Assembly: GCA_017499595.2 (NCBI GenBank)
Contig: CM039010.1
Span: 992,001-1,056,000 of the forward strand
Source: Psilocybe cubensis
Lineage: Eukaryota
Direction of reading: 5' to 3'
DNA: 64,000 nt
Part shown: one piece after another, positions 50,561 to 62,523 of the stretch
Numbering within the stretch: position 1 is the first letter of the stretch
Layout: each line of letters starts with the position of its first letter
The notes under the pieces: generated by a model
Told to the model about the DNA's origin: nothing
What the model saw: the letters and a program-made list of their open reading frames with translations, nothing else
Database searches by the model: none
Translations under genes and position numbers: made by a program

Positions 50561-50650
50561 TTTCTGTTCTATTGCTTTCATCGTCCCTTCGCTTGAGCTT
50601 GAAATCAGGTAGTATCAAGGTAAGCCAGCTATACTATTGCTACATGTACT
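48585..50650 (+). ncRNA. Candidate spliced, structured long non-coding RNA, copy R (3 hairpin modules); ends approximate
   Basis: Predicted introns 48848-48903 (GC-AG), 48972-49027, 49059-49120, 49350-49415, 49632-49686, 49929-49990, 50034-50087 and 50234-50367. Exon 49121-49349 has stops in all three frames. Exons fold into GC-rich hairpins. Confidence 0.6.
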
Positions 50651-51200
50651 TCGCCTTGTAAAGCATGTAATATAAATATCATAAATGACATATATATTTC
50701 ATACGCTATTGCACCCTCGTACAGAGTGACAGTTCCATTCGGATTCCGGACAAATATTAAAGACCAACGCGTTGAATTTGACGCCAGCCTATCGCTCAGA
50801 ATGTGACACAGCGCATTGTCTGCGTCCAAAAATTTTATGGCCCGGGTGCGGAGGTAGGGACAGATGTACACACCCAAAATATTGCCTTGATTGAGCTTGT
50901 CGATAAACCTTATTGTTACTAGTTAAACATTTCGTCGTCTGAGTAGCGTGATGCTCCGCGAGATGTGAGGGCACAGAGGCCGTGCAACAGGTGCTCATTC
51001 TCAGAGGTAGTTAGATTAGCTTGGCAATCAGCCACAGAGTAAACATTAGCAAATAAATAAATTCCCGATTTCCAGGTGAGTCACCTGTAACGCGACTAAG
51101 GTTTATCTACTTTGCGTATTCCTCCAAGGTGTGTTCTTTGATATGAGTGTCAAATATATCTCAATGTCTATGCATACTTGTCCGTCATGGTAGGTGTACA

Positions 51201-52967
51201 ATGTATACCGACCTCGATCTTGACTTCGAACACGGCACTATCGAAGAAGATATTGTGAAAAACCAGTCGCAGCTGGCTGCCGCAGAGGAAGCTGTCAGAC
51301 GATGTCGGAAGAGGCAATACCAACTCAGACGCGATCTTAATACCGCAAGATCAGTTCTATCCTCTCTACCCAAGGAAGTTATGTCCCAGATATTCCTGTT
51401 TATGTGCTCGCTGGCAGACAGTCCTTTTGGCCTTTGGATGTTTAAACCGGATCAATTCTTAATTGGAAGCGTGTGTAAAGAATGGCGAGAAATAGCATGG
51501 TCCACGCCGCGTCTCTGGAACATCGTTTACATTTGGTTTCGCGAAAAATCTTGGAAAACCCAAATAGAACTCCTCGAGGAATGGATCGAACGAAGTGGGA
51601 ACCTGCCATTAGACATCTACATTCACTCCATGCCAAAATCAGGCACGCCCTGGGAACCACCCACGGAAACTTTCACCAGAGTTACAGAGGTCTGCGCTCG
51701 TTGGAGAAGTTTTGATGGAAGTGCTGCTCCGGGGTTGGCCGTTGCATTGAAGCGTACCAACGCAACTCGCTTCCCAATGTTGGAGACTCTAACCCTATCG
51801 GAATCAATCCATGCCCCACCTGTGAACAATCCTCCGGACACGACATACCTGTGGAACTTCTTACCGGCGCCTGCTCTACGCAATGTTTCGATTAAAACAC
51901 CGTTATTGGGGGCCAATCTAACCATAAATTGGGAGTCCCTAACGTGTTTGAAAGCAGCCTTTATCTTGCAACAACCGGACGACCCTGCACAACGAAAATA
52001 TATTCCATTTGATGTTCTCAGTTCGTGTAAACAGTTGACCGAACTCGAACTTGATCTCATGGGGTCTGGGGTCTCGTCGACGCAGCAAATTCATCATTGT
52101 CACTTTCCTCATCTCAAAGTGCTAAAGATAAACGGATTGGCAGTCATTGTTGATTGCGTTCTAGGATGGCTCAAAACACCCAGTTTGAATGAGCTCGAAA
52201 TCTGTTTGGAAAGTGTCGACACAACTATTCAGTGGGAGGAGTCCCTGATAGATTTGACCGAACGGTCGTCTTGCAAAATTAGTTCCCTGTCCATCAAACT
52301 CCCGAAAAATGAACTCGATAGCGATGCTGATATCGTAGAAATGCTTCGCACACTTTCGCGTAATCATCCAATCGACTCACTGGAAATTTGCTCTTCGATT
52401 GATTGTGGTTTGACACTATCTAACGCCATGGTCTTCCTCCTTACGATGAAACGCCAATACGATGATGAAAAACGGAAGGAGCACTTGCCGTTGCTGAAGA
52501 ACTTTTACTATAACGGAGACGTCTCACTTTCCTCATGGGAATATGCACGCATGGTAAACTCCAGATTGACGTATGAAGCACGGAAACGCAAGGCGCACAG
52601 AATGGGCAGAAAACACGGAATGAACGTTTCCGTTCTTGGAGAAAGTACCAAAGATGAAAATGGAAACAATCAAGTCGGCGACGAAGTCGATGAATGTGGA
52701 GATAAAGACGAAATCGATCAGGATGAAGGAGACGATGGAGAGCAGTTGGACAACTCATCAGTCTCCAATCCACTTACTTTCAAGATACATTACCGCAATC
52801 GCAATTGGTTCCAGGCGCAACATCCAAACTCATTACAATCCTTCTACAGTGAGTTGGAACGATTTTCCACGCGAGGCAACCGTTTTGTCTTCAAGTACTT
52901 AAATTATTATGACGATGACGAAAATTACTTCTACTATCGACGATATGAGACAGGGGACGAGGACTAA
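51201..52967 (+). CDS. Intronless F-box-like protein, paralog of 34827-36548
   Basis: LPKEVMSQIF...IGSVCKEWREIAWSTPRLW and LLEEWIERSGNLPL; colinear with the 34827 protein. Confidence 0.9.
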   Translation: MYTDLDLDFEHGTIEEDIVKNQSQLAAAEEAVRRCRKRQYQLRRDLNTARSVLSSLPKEVMSQIFLFMCSLADSPFGLWMFKPDQFLIGSVCKEWREIAWSTPRLWNIVYIWFREKSWKTQIELLEEWIERSGNLPLDIYIHSMPKSGTPWEPPTETFTRVTEVCARWRSFDGSAAPGLAVALKRTNATRFPMLETLTLSESIHAPPVNNPPDTTYLWNFLPAPALRNVSIKTPLLGANLTINWESLTCLKAAFILQQPDDPAQRKYIPFDVLSSCKQLTELELDLMGSGVSSTQQIHHCHFPHLKVLKINGLAVIVDCVLGWLKTPSLNELEICLESVDTTIQWEESLIDLTERSSCKISSLSIKLPKNELDSDADIVEMLRTLSRNHPIDSLEICSSIDCGLTLSNAMVFLLTMKRQYDDEKRKEHLPLLKNFYYNGDVSLSSWEYARMVNSRLTYEARKRKAHRMGRKHGMNVSVLGESTKDENGNNQVGDEVDECGDKDEIDQDEGDDGEQLDNSSVSNPLTFKIHYRNRNWFQAQHPNSLQSFYSELERFSTRGNRFVFKYLNYYDDDENYFYYRRYETGDED

Positions 52968-53551
52968 TAATGCAGTAGAGTAGGTTTACAACGTTGGATT
53001 TTGTACCCATTATTTTCGCAGCATCTGAAATAGTATAACGCAGTATAACAATACTTTGATGCTATGTAGGGTAAATACCCCTATATGGCCCATCATTTCT
53101 CTTGTATTTTTAACGATATAGATTGCTAGCAAAAAGGAGAGCAGAGTCTTCAAGTTTAATCTGGTCCAGGATTCACCGTCACCCGTTGCATGTACCAAGA
53201 AATTCCGTAGTCGGAGTCGTGCCAATGGCTTTTCTTTCTCCATTTTATACTAACATCCAACTAAAAACTCACAAAAATACATTGATAGTTAACCAGTGCA
53301 GATTTTTTTAGAAGTCTATTCTATCTTCCATTTCTATCGTATCCGTTCATGTTATATCTCATAGACGAGTCAGTAAGTCGAAAGGGCAAAAAAATTAATC
53401 AAATGATTCAACAAGACCGATTTTGAAAGTCAGTTCGGCCAAATGCGGCAAACTGCTTTTGACAGTCAATCTTGACCACTGCCCATAATTCCAATGTTCA
53501 CAACACTGGCCCCATAACCAGAAGAAAGTGACATACGGCCTGAATCTCTTT

Positions 53552-54830
53552 ATGCCGCGTCTGAGGTATCCCGAAATATCACGTTTGCCCAAATCGACCA
53601 ATTTCACTGCAGTCCAAGTGAGTTTTGACCCTCGTTCAGTCTGCAATGAGTGCTTACTGCTGTTACTCAGTGGAGGAATCAGACCCCAGGATCCCTGGAC
53701 CCATTTTTTACAATGAAGGTGTACAAAGCGGAACAACTTGTCGACCCTGGACACCCGGCTGCCTCCATCAGAAAAGCACTTTTCCCGAACGTTAGAAGGG
53801 ATGACTTGGGGATAAAGATGATGCCAACTGGACTGTTACTTCGCGAGAAAAGGCAGTTCCCCGCGATACCTATCTTGAGTTGGAGAGAGCGCGTCGAGAT
53901 GGCGAAAGAAGGGGGTCTAACTGCTCGCCATTTGCAAAACAACATCAACTTGCGGGGCACGATATTCAAACCGGGGGAGCAGCTATATCCGAAGTACGAC
54001 TACAACAATGTTCTCCTTCCTACGCAGAAGATCACCCCTTGCAGTCCGGTCCTCGACGTCTTGTTGAAAAAGACCTGGAGACGGGTCCCGATGGCGTTCC
54101 ACATTTCTACGTCCAAAGCTCGAATGGGGTCGTTTCGTCATCAAAGGAAGCACATAGAGAAACGGTTGAGAGCGGCCATCAATCTGATAGTTACCCGAGG
54201 CGCGTATTTCGACCGCGAAGCGGATAAAATTGGTATTAACATGGAGGACAGTGGTAGAAAGTGGGTCATGCAGGGTGTGTACTTCTGTCTCGTCGTTTTT
54301 GCAACGTCTTCCTAATCGCGTATCTAGGCTGGACATATATGTTCCTACCTTCCACAAAAATCCACCAAATGCCATATACTGAGCTCATCGACCTCCTTCG
54401 AACTTTACTTGCCCACATCAACTCCCAGGCTATGACTATGGAAAAAAAGTGGTTGTATGACTCTCTTGTAGCAGAGGAATTGGGCAGTAGACTGAATCGC
54501 ACAGGGGAACGAACTAAAAGTTTGTCATCTTCTGCTGTTTCTGATGTCCATCTGACCGGCCTTCTCCAAGATGACTCAATGCACCCCGATCTAGTCGAAA
54601 AGGTTGGTCTGGTGAACCTACAAAAGTCTCGTGCTCAGAAGCGCGATTCGGCCCCAGAGTTGATAACATCTGACCGAAAAGAGGAACAGCATGGTTTGAG
54701 CAACGTGTCCACAGAGGCTTTGCCGTCCAGAATCCTCGCTGGCAAGACCCCGGCCGTCTGGAAGCAGGAGCTTATCTCTAGCTTGTCGCTCTTAGTCGGT
54801 CAGAAACACAACTCCTCCCACGAAAAGTAA
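53552..54830 (+). CDS. Hypothetical basic protein with RnpA(RNase P protein)-like segment, 3 exons
   Basis: MPRLRYPEISR exon spliced in frame (53619-53670) to ORF 53650-54315, then a second intron (~54276-54328) to ORF 54261-54830. Confidence 0.7.
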
Positions 54831-55098
54831 ACCTGTCTAATTCCCATTGTCATTCAAAGGGAACATGACTCTCCCATTTGAGGCGTTATTTCAAAAAAAG
54901 TAGCCTTCGGGATGATATGTTCTACATTGACCGTTTTTGCATCTTTTTCATCGACATGAATCTCCAATCATTTACTTCTGGACCCAACAAGCTTCAAGCA
55001 AACCATAGGCACAGGCCTTACCTTTTAGTGCCTGCGCGGCAAGCTCTCATCCGCGACGAATTTAGTCCATCCGGCATTGTTTGAGATGTAATTCGCCT

Positions 55099-57112
55099 TC
55101 AATTTTGGGGCGGGCGACGACCCTCGACAATCTCATTACAATACATTTTGTTGCTATTTCTTCTCCGTTTGGCATTTGTTTTTCTCACCTTCCATCGCAT
55201 CGCCGTGAATCTTTTTCGCTGGTATTTACTTTTGGATATCCGCCAACTCGTAAAGGTATGTGCCAAGAAGTTTGGACTGGAATGATGTTAATCTTTTGTA
55301 CCGCAGTTACCATCAAGCTAACACTCACTCCTTCGATGAAGTTCGACCTGTCGAGCTTCTCATTTGTTGAGCTAATAGAAAGGGTCAGTTCAGAAGAGTT
55401 AGGAGTGTATACCTATGATGCTTACTGGGCGCCGTCGTCTCCTCGTCCCATGGGCAGCAGCACCACGTTAACGCCGAGAGACTCGGAGAATGTCAAGGTA
55501 ACGGGGATGGAACCACCTTCACGAGTTAAATCGGGGTCTGTATTGTAGATGGCCTGACATGGGGCATACATCACAAATGACGTGCATATAAGAGAAAATG
55601 CTAACATACCCTTGTAGCCCTCTTTGCGGCCTCGAAATTCCAGTGTTTGTAGTCGGTAACCCATGGGTCGCCACCGGATAACTCTTCAACTTCCAATTTG
55701 TTCTTGGTACCCAAACTTTTGAAGACATTTTCAAGATGATTGATGACCATAGGGCGGACTATTTCGGGTGTCTGGGGGGGCACGAGACTGTTGATCTTGA
55801 AAATCAGCCTTGACTTTCTGAATATCTGTGAAAATGAAATGCGCACCGAATGCTGAACTTTCCGGATACCTTGGCGGGGATTACTGTCTTTGGCCCAGGA
55901 CCGCTGAAAGCCCCTTCAATTCCGTGGATGGAAAGACTGGGATACCTCATGCGGCCCATTAGGACGGTAACTTTATCTGATGAAAGAGCAATGTCGGCTC
56001 CGACCGCTTTATCAATGTCCTCAATGGAATAGTGGAGATTGGCATAGAGCTTTCTTAAAGCCGTCATATGGTTTAGTTTGTGCCAATTATCTCAATGTAG
56101 GATTTCACTGACTTTTCTTCTTCATCAGGAGGTGCCACCATCGAGTCGATTCCTGGGATGAGAATCTCTCCTCCAGTGCCCACAAGCGTTACCAAAAGGC
56201 TGACAAGGTCAGTCATCGGTTCATGAACTGTGCGTCCGTAGACTCCAGAATGAAGATCCCAAGCAGGACCCGAGACAGTGACTCTGTAGTAAGCTATCCC
56301 CCGCAAGCCATAGGTCAAGACAGGTGTCGTAGTATTGAGCCAGTAATTATCGGACTACACGATGGATATCAGTCGACAGATCAGACCAACGATCAAATAC
56401 TTACGATGCATACGCAGTCCACCCCATCGAAGTAACCACCCTTCTGGGACTCCTGTTTAATGCGGTCGTCGAGGCCGTTACTTCCGCTCTCCTCCATTCC
56501 TTCGAAGCAGAAAACTAGGTTGACTGGGAGAGGCAAATTGTTCTCGTGGTGATATTGAAGAACGTTGAGCCATCCCAAGATCGGTCCCTTGTCGTCCGTG
56601 CTGCCGCGGCCAACCAACTGTCCGTTCTCCTTATTCTCAAAAAGAGTGAAAGGTTCGGTGTCCCAGCCATCAGATTTTTTTGCCTAGAGAGGTTAATGGT
56701 ATAAATTGACGTTCAGAATTTCTGGAAAGTGCTCATTTACAGGTTGAACATCGTAATGACCGTAGATGAGGAGTGATTTTTTGCTGCTGTCATTTCCGAT
56801 ACGACCCAAAATCAGAGGCGGGAGCTCTATATCCTCTCCTTCTAAGTTTTGCAGTCCGAGGTCAACTCTCTTTGTTTCAACACCAAACTGCTGGAGCTGA
56901 CACTCTAGCCAATCGGCCATCTCAAACACATTGTTGCGATGGTCTTTATCACCTGAGACCCTAGTGCATTGAATCGTCGTTAGAAATAAATTTCAGTCAT
57001 CCAAATGCATATGTAATAATTACGATGGAATCCCGACTGCCTTCCCGAGGCGCGTGATGAATTCCTCTGCATGGGCATCGATGTACTTCAAAAAATCTGC
57101 TGGGGCAGGCAT
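55099..57112 (-). CDS. DUG1: M20 metallo-dipeptidase (Dug1/CNDP2-like), copy A with frameshifted C-terminal extension
   Basis: [52 protein letters not shown] and GRGDDGAH. Confidence 0.88.
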
Positions 57113-57621
57113 TGTATGGATGTGGTGATGAAGAAAGGATGGATTGCGATACTAGATATGAAATCGCATTAAATACAGTGGAAGACAAACTTAGTTCATT
57201 AATGATTATGTTAGAACTGTACAGCTCTTTCCTTCCTTCAAACCTTGTTTTCATGGTGTAATTTCAGGTGTACACTCGCGTGTCTGGCCATAGAATATGT
57301 GTTTACTAACTCCCCCCTTGAACGAGAATGATATCGATATCATGTTCAAGATATCTGGTACGATGAACAGTGGGTGGATATGTGGATGCGTGTGGGCTAG
57401 TTCCTCCTCGATAATGGATCGAATATCTAGGTCGCATCGCCTTCCTAACCGCACCCTAGTGTCCTTGGGTCGAAGATACCCACTGCTGCGGTACTGCACA
57501 ATGGCTGCACGAGGCGTTCAAATAAAAGTACACTGAGCTTGTTTGATACATATGAATACATAGTACTGACATGCGACCTATTCGCTCTCGGTTGACAGTT
57601 TATCCATCGTCATGAGACCGT

Positions 57622-59500
57622 TTACTTCTGGATATCTGCCAATTCATAAAGATATGTACCAAGAAGTTTGGACTGGAATGATGTTAGTTTTCTATGCTAA
57701 AATTGGGGTCAAACCAACACTAACCCCTTCAATGAAGTTCGACCTGTCAAGCTTCTCATTGGTCGAGCTGTGGGGAAATGGTTAGCTTGAATTAGGCAGC
57801 AGTTTGTATTTATAGTGCTTACTGGGCACCGTCATCTCCTCGTCCCATGGGGAGAAGCAAAACGTTGACCCCAAGTGACTCTGCGAACGTCAAGGTTACA
57901 GGGATGGAACCACCTTCGCGAGTCAAGTCAGGATCCTGATTGTAGACGGCCTTGTGGGAATAATGTATCAGAGAAGCAGTGAATGCAATGGATATTAGAC
58001 ACACTTTTGTGGCCCTCTTAGCCGCCTCGAAGTTCCAGTGACGGTGATCGGCCACCCAGGGCTTTCCTCCGTGCAATTCTTCGACAACTAGTTTGTTCTT
58101 CGTCCCCAATGCAGCGAACGCCTTTTCCAGATGCTCAAAGACTAATGGGTTGATTTTCTCGGGTGTCTGAGGGGGAACAAGGCTGATTGGTTTTAAGTCG
58201 ACTTGCTATTTTCGCCCTCTAAACCTACGAAATACTCACCGAATGCTGAACTTTCCGGACACCTTGGCGGGAATGACTGTCTTTGCACCGGCAGTACTGA
58301 AAGCTCCTTCGATTCCATGGATGGACAAACTGGGGGACCTCATGCGGCCCATAAGAACCGCAACTTTATCTGATGAAAGAGCGATAGCGGCTCCCGCAGA
58401 TTCTTCGACATCGCTGATAGAATAGTCCAGCTTAGCGTAGATCTTCCTGAAAGCCACCATAAGGTTTAATTTATGTCTATGATGTTGAATGTGTACAATT
58501 AACTCACTTTTCTTCTTCATCTGGAGGAGCCACCATTGCGTCGACTCCTGGGATGAGAATGTCGCCTTGGGGGGTCACAAGTGTTCCCAGAAGGGATATG
58601 AGATCAGTCATGGGTTCGTGGACTGTGCGACCAAAGACACCAGAGTGGAGGTCCCGTGCAGGGCCTGAAACTGTAACTTTGTAGTATGCCAACCCACGCA
58701 AACCATAGGTCAAGGCAGGTGTTCGCGTATTGAGCCAATAGTTATCAGACTTCATGAAGAATGTCAATCAACGACCAGCCTTCAGTATAAGTTATTCACG
58801 TACGATGCACACGCAGTCCACACCGTCGAAGTATCCACCCTTTTGAGACTCGCGCTGAACGAGGTCATCAAGGCCTTCACTTCCACTCTCTTCCATTCCT
58901 TCGAAGCAGAATACTAGGTTGACTGGGAGAGGCACTTTGTTTTCATGGTGGTATTGCAAAACGTTGAGCCATCCCAGGATAGGACCCTTATCGTCTGAGC
59001 TGCCGCGACCAATGAGTTGTCCGGTCTCCTCGTTGACAACGAGAGTGAACGGTTCGGTGTCCCAGCCATCTGATTTGTTTGCCTTTATAAATCATATCAT
59101 AAGATTACGTTCAAGGTTACGAATATGCTCACGTACAGGTTGAACATCGAAATGACCGTAGATGAGCACCGTCTTTTTGTTGCTATCGTTTCCAAAACGA
59201 CCAAGAATCGCAGGTGGGAGGGGCAAATCCTCTCCATCCATAACATGCCTTCCAAGGTCAACCAGCTTGGTGTCAACACCGAGCTGCTTAAGCTGACTAT
59301 TTAGCCAATCAGCCATCGCAAATACATCTTTGCGATGGGCGGGGTCACCAGAGATTCTAGCGCAATTGTCGTCAACAAACAGGGCAATTCAGATGCAACT
59401 GCTATAATTACGATGGAATCCCGACCGCATGTCCGAGACGCATAATGAAAGCATCTGCGTGAGTATCAATGTATTTCAAGAATTCCGCTGGGGCTGGCAT
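57622..59500 (-). CDS. DUG1: M20 metallo-dipeptidase (Dug1/CNDP2-like, Cys-Gly dipeptidase), copy B
   Basis: Same motifs and intron positions as copy A; ends [10 protein letters not shown]. Confidence 0.92.
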
Positions 59501-59834
59501 CGTAAGGGACGGTACTTGGTTTGGTGACTCGGATGAAGGGAGTCTGTGAGATTAGATATGATCGCTCAAGACCCGGTGGACTAAATTAGTTCAAAGTTGA
59601 TTATGTCATCAAACAGCAGCTCTTTCCTTCCTTCCACCTTGTTTTCGCGTGTGTTATTTCAGGTGGGCATTTGTGTGTGTGTGTGGTTTAGATTTTTGTT
59701 GATACCTTCTCTTGGCAAAATAGAAACTATGTCTAGCATTATCGATACCTGGGGTGATGAACCTGTAGGTGGTTATGGGATTCATGCTTCCTCTTTTTGT
59801 TGATAATGGCTCCGGCGATATTCACTAGGTTCGC

Positions 59835-60577
59835 ATGGCCGTCGCGGCTACAGCTTCAGCTTCAGGATCTACAAGTGGTGTTAGGTCCAAGATACCCGCT
59901 ACCACTGTAGTGCGCGATGATTGGGAGATGGATGACGACGAAGAGGAAGAAAGCAGTCGCCCCACTGACGCGCGGAATAAACAAATCTGGGAAGACGCGT
60001 GAGTTCAAAGTTTATTGGGTTAAAAAGGTGGTTCATCGGGCTCATTATCTCTACCAAATCGGATAGCAATACTAAGGTGCATCATCCTATGCCTGCACTA
60101 GTGATATCCAGGGGCTCTTCAGCTGCTTCAGCAAGCGCGAGCTTACCTCTTAACCAACCGCCAGCTATGCGTATCCTCAAGCGCCCATCACCCACCGTTT
60201 CTCCAAATCAGTCATCTGCCAATCTCACACCAGCTGGTGAGACATTCAAAGAGCGTGAAGCTAGGTACCAGGCTGCTCGTGAGCGAATATTTGGCGTTTC
60301 TTCTTCAACCTCTTCAGACGGGCAGGACAAAGACGGGCAGGATAAGGCAAAGAATTCTGCGTTAAAGAAGGCTTCATCCCCTACCCCTCCTTCCAATCAA
60401 GCCAAAAATTCTGTGGTCCGTGACCCTCGCGGACCTTCGAACTCGACCCCAAATCCAAATTCTGAAAACAGAACAGACAACAAAGGGTTTGGTGAGCGCA
60501 GAACACAACGCCCCCCTCCTTCCACCGCAGTACCGACCACAATCTTTCCCGTTTCCTCATCTGATATACCTATTTGA
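59835..60577 (+). CDS. SUZ domain protein (SZRD1-like), 2 exons
   Basis: DDWE, IWEDAN, MRILKRP, EREARYQAARERIFG, VVRDPRGP and KGFG. Confidence 0.85.
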
Positions 60578-60781
60578 TATCACACCAAGGTTTTTAGTTT
60601 CTTTCCCTCTCAGCTTCTCAGTAAGCGTCAGGTTTGACGGTTCTTTCTTCACACTTTTTGTCTCATAATATAGCTGACATGGATTGATACGATAAATGTA
60701 TTTATATTCAACCCAACGACCTCACCTTTCCTTCCTGTGGACGATTTCTCCCATGGGACACTCTCTGCGCACGAAAGCCAA

Positions 60782-62287
60782 TCATTTAAATGGTTCCCCT
60801 TCGTACGGCAAGTCGTAAGTCATCTGTAAACCTTGGTTTATCTCCTCTTGAAGGGCCTCCAAGAGAATTTTGGGATTCGTCTTATTGAATCGCACTATCT
60901 TGAGCTTTACAAAACCCCCGTAGGCGATATCTGTGCCTGTAGAATTGCTTGTTCCTTTGCATCGATGCTTGATCATATCGATTAAATGCTGAGATTTCAA
61001 ACCAGTATCGACTGTGCAATAATATAATACCTCTAGGCATGGTAAGAGTGGGCGACTCATATCCAGGTCAGTACTCGTGGAAAGAGCTGGATTTGGGTAG
61101 GGATCTAGCATCCGCGGGATTTGGCGCATCATGGCACTATAGTTTGCAGTGACCTTGGAATTGATGTAGAGGCGCTTAACGGAGTGCAACTTGGTGAAAA
61201 GTTCATGGAGGCTCTGAACGTCTATAGGGAGGACCTCGATGGATATACCGAACGCCCGTAGAGTACATTTTGCGCGATCGATGAAGTCGATGATTGGGTT
61301 GAAGGAGTACTGAGTCAAGTCCTCCTTCCCATACTGAATTATGGTTAATCGTTCGAGAGTAGGGGGAGCTTTCATGTGCTTCACATATTGGGAAGTAATC
61401 CACCCTGTAATGGTCAGAGATATCAAGTGTCGTGGAAGGTTCCAACGATCATCACTCAGTGCATCCTGACCGGTCCCTGAATTCGGATCGGCCCCGTCGA
61501 TAATCTGATTCTTCGAGAGAGTTTTGAACTGTAAGTTGAGTTGTTGGACGTTTGGTGCAAATTCGCATAGGAACTTTAACATTGCAAGAGTGGCGCTTTC
61601 ACATCTGAAAGATGTAAGGTTTGTCCATGGATACGTGATTCCCCCAATCTGATTCGTTCCAAGGTAGAACAAGCTCCGCAAGTTTGGCGCATTCCCTAAG
61701 AATGCTAGAAGTGTTGGTTTCGTAAATTGGGTCTCAGCGGAATGGATGAATACTGTCTCCAGAATTGGTGTTCGTCCATACGCAGGCTCAAGGAACTCTA
61801 TGAGCAACGGCGTAGATTCAATCTCGAGTGCCCTCCATTGCGTTGAATAGTCCACGATCAACTTGAAGATCTCTGGCGTCTGTGGTGAAAATTTTGCGTA
61901 CACTTTCATAGATCGACTGGGAGCTGGACGGACAATAATGGATAAAGGTTGGTCCTTGGCACGCTGTAGCCAGTCCTTCACCAATTCCAGCTGTTCGTCA
62001 GAACGATCAGGGGTGACTGGTATGTTGATCCAGGACCAAATAACGGGCAGGTTCCATGCGATATTTCTCCACTCCTTGCATATTTTGCCGAGGAGGAGTG
62101 GAAAAGAGTTGCGACAACTCAGGCGTTTGCATTTGTCGTGTGGGTGTCGATGGCAGGGAGTGATAAAAAATATGAATATGCGCTGGATGACATTAGGCGG
62201 TAGAGCCTTCCGACGCGCCGAGATGGTTGATTGGTCCTTTTCAGGAATCGCTTCCGCTGTTAATGATGTTTTCTCTGTAAAGGACAT
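60782..62287 (-). CDS. Intronless F-box-like protein
   Basis: LPPNVIQRIF...LLGKICKEWRNIAWNLPVIW and WLQRAKDQPL. Confidence 0.88.
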   Translation of the reverse strand: MSFTEKTSLTAEAIPEKDQSTISARRKALPPNVIQRIFIFFITPCHRHPHDKCKRLSCRNSFPLLLGKICKEWRNIAWNLPVIWSWINIPVTPDRSDEQLELVKDWLQRAKDQPLSIIVRPAPSRSMKVYAKFSPQTPEIFKLIVDYSTQWRALEIESTPLLIEFLEPAYGRTPILETVFIHSAETQFTKPTLLAFLGNAPNLRSLFYLGTNQIGGITYPWTNLTSFRCESATLAMLKFLCEFAPNVQQLNLQFKTLSKNQIIDGADPNSGTGQDALSDDRWNLPRHLISLTITGWITSQYVKHMKAPPTLERLTIIQYGKEDLTQYSFNPIIDFIDRAKCTLRAFGISIEVLPIDVQSLHELFTKLHSVKRLYINSKVTANYSAMMRQIPRMLDPYPNPALSTSTDLDMSRPLLPCLEVLYYCTVDTGLKSQHLIDMIKHRCKGTSNSTGTDIAYGGFVKLKIVRFNKTNPKILLEALQEEINQGLQMTYDLPYEGEPFK

Positions 62288-62523
62288 TGTGAATGTACAG
62301 GAAAGTGTTAGAAACTGACCTTGTACGGTAATGTAACGGTGCACAACTTAATATCACAAGGCCGGCTGCGGAGTGGAAACCTCTGACGGACACCACCACT
62401 TGGCGAATGACTCAACTAAGGCTGCGTGCACATCTGATCAAAGCACTTTATATATAGAAACATTACACATGATTGTACATCATAGAAGTAAGTATATTCG
62501 AACTGCCGCCAAAACCATCCGAA

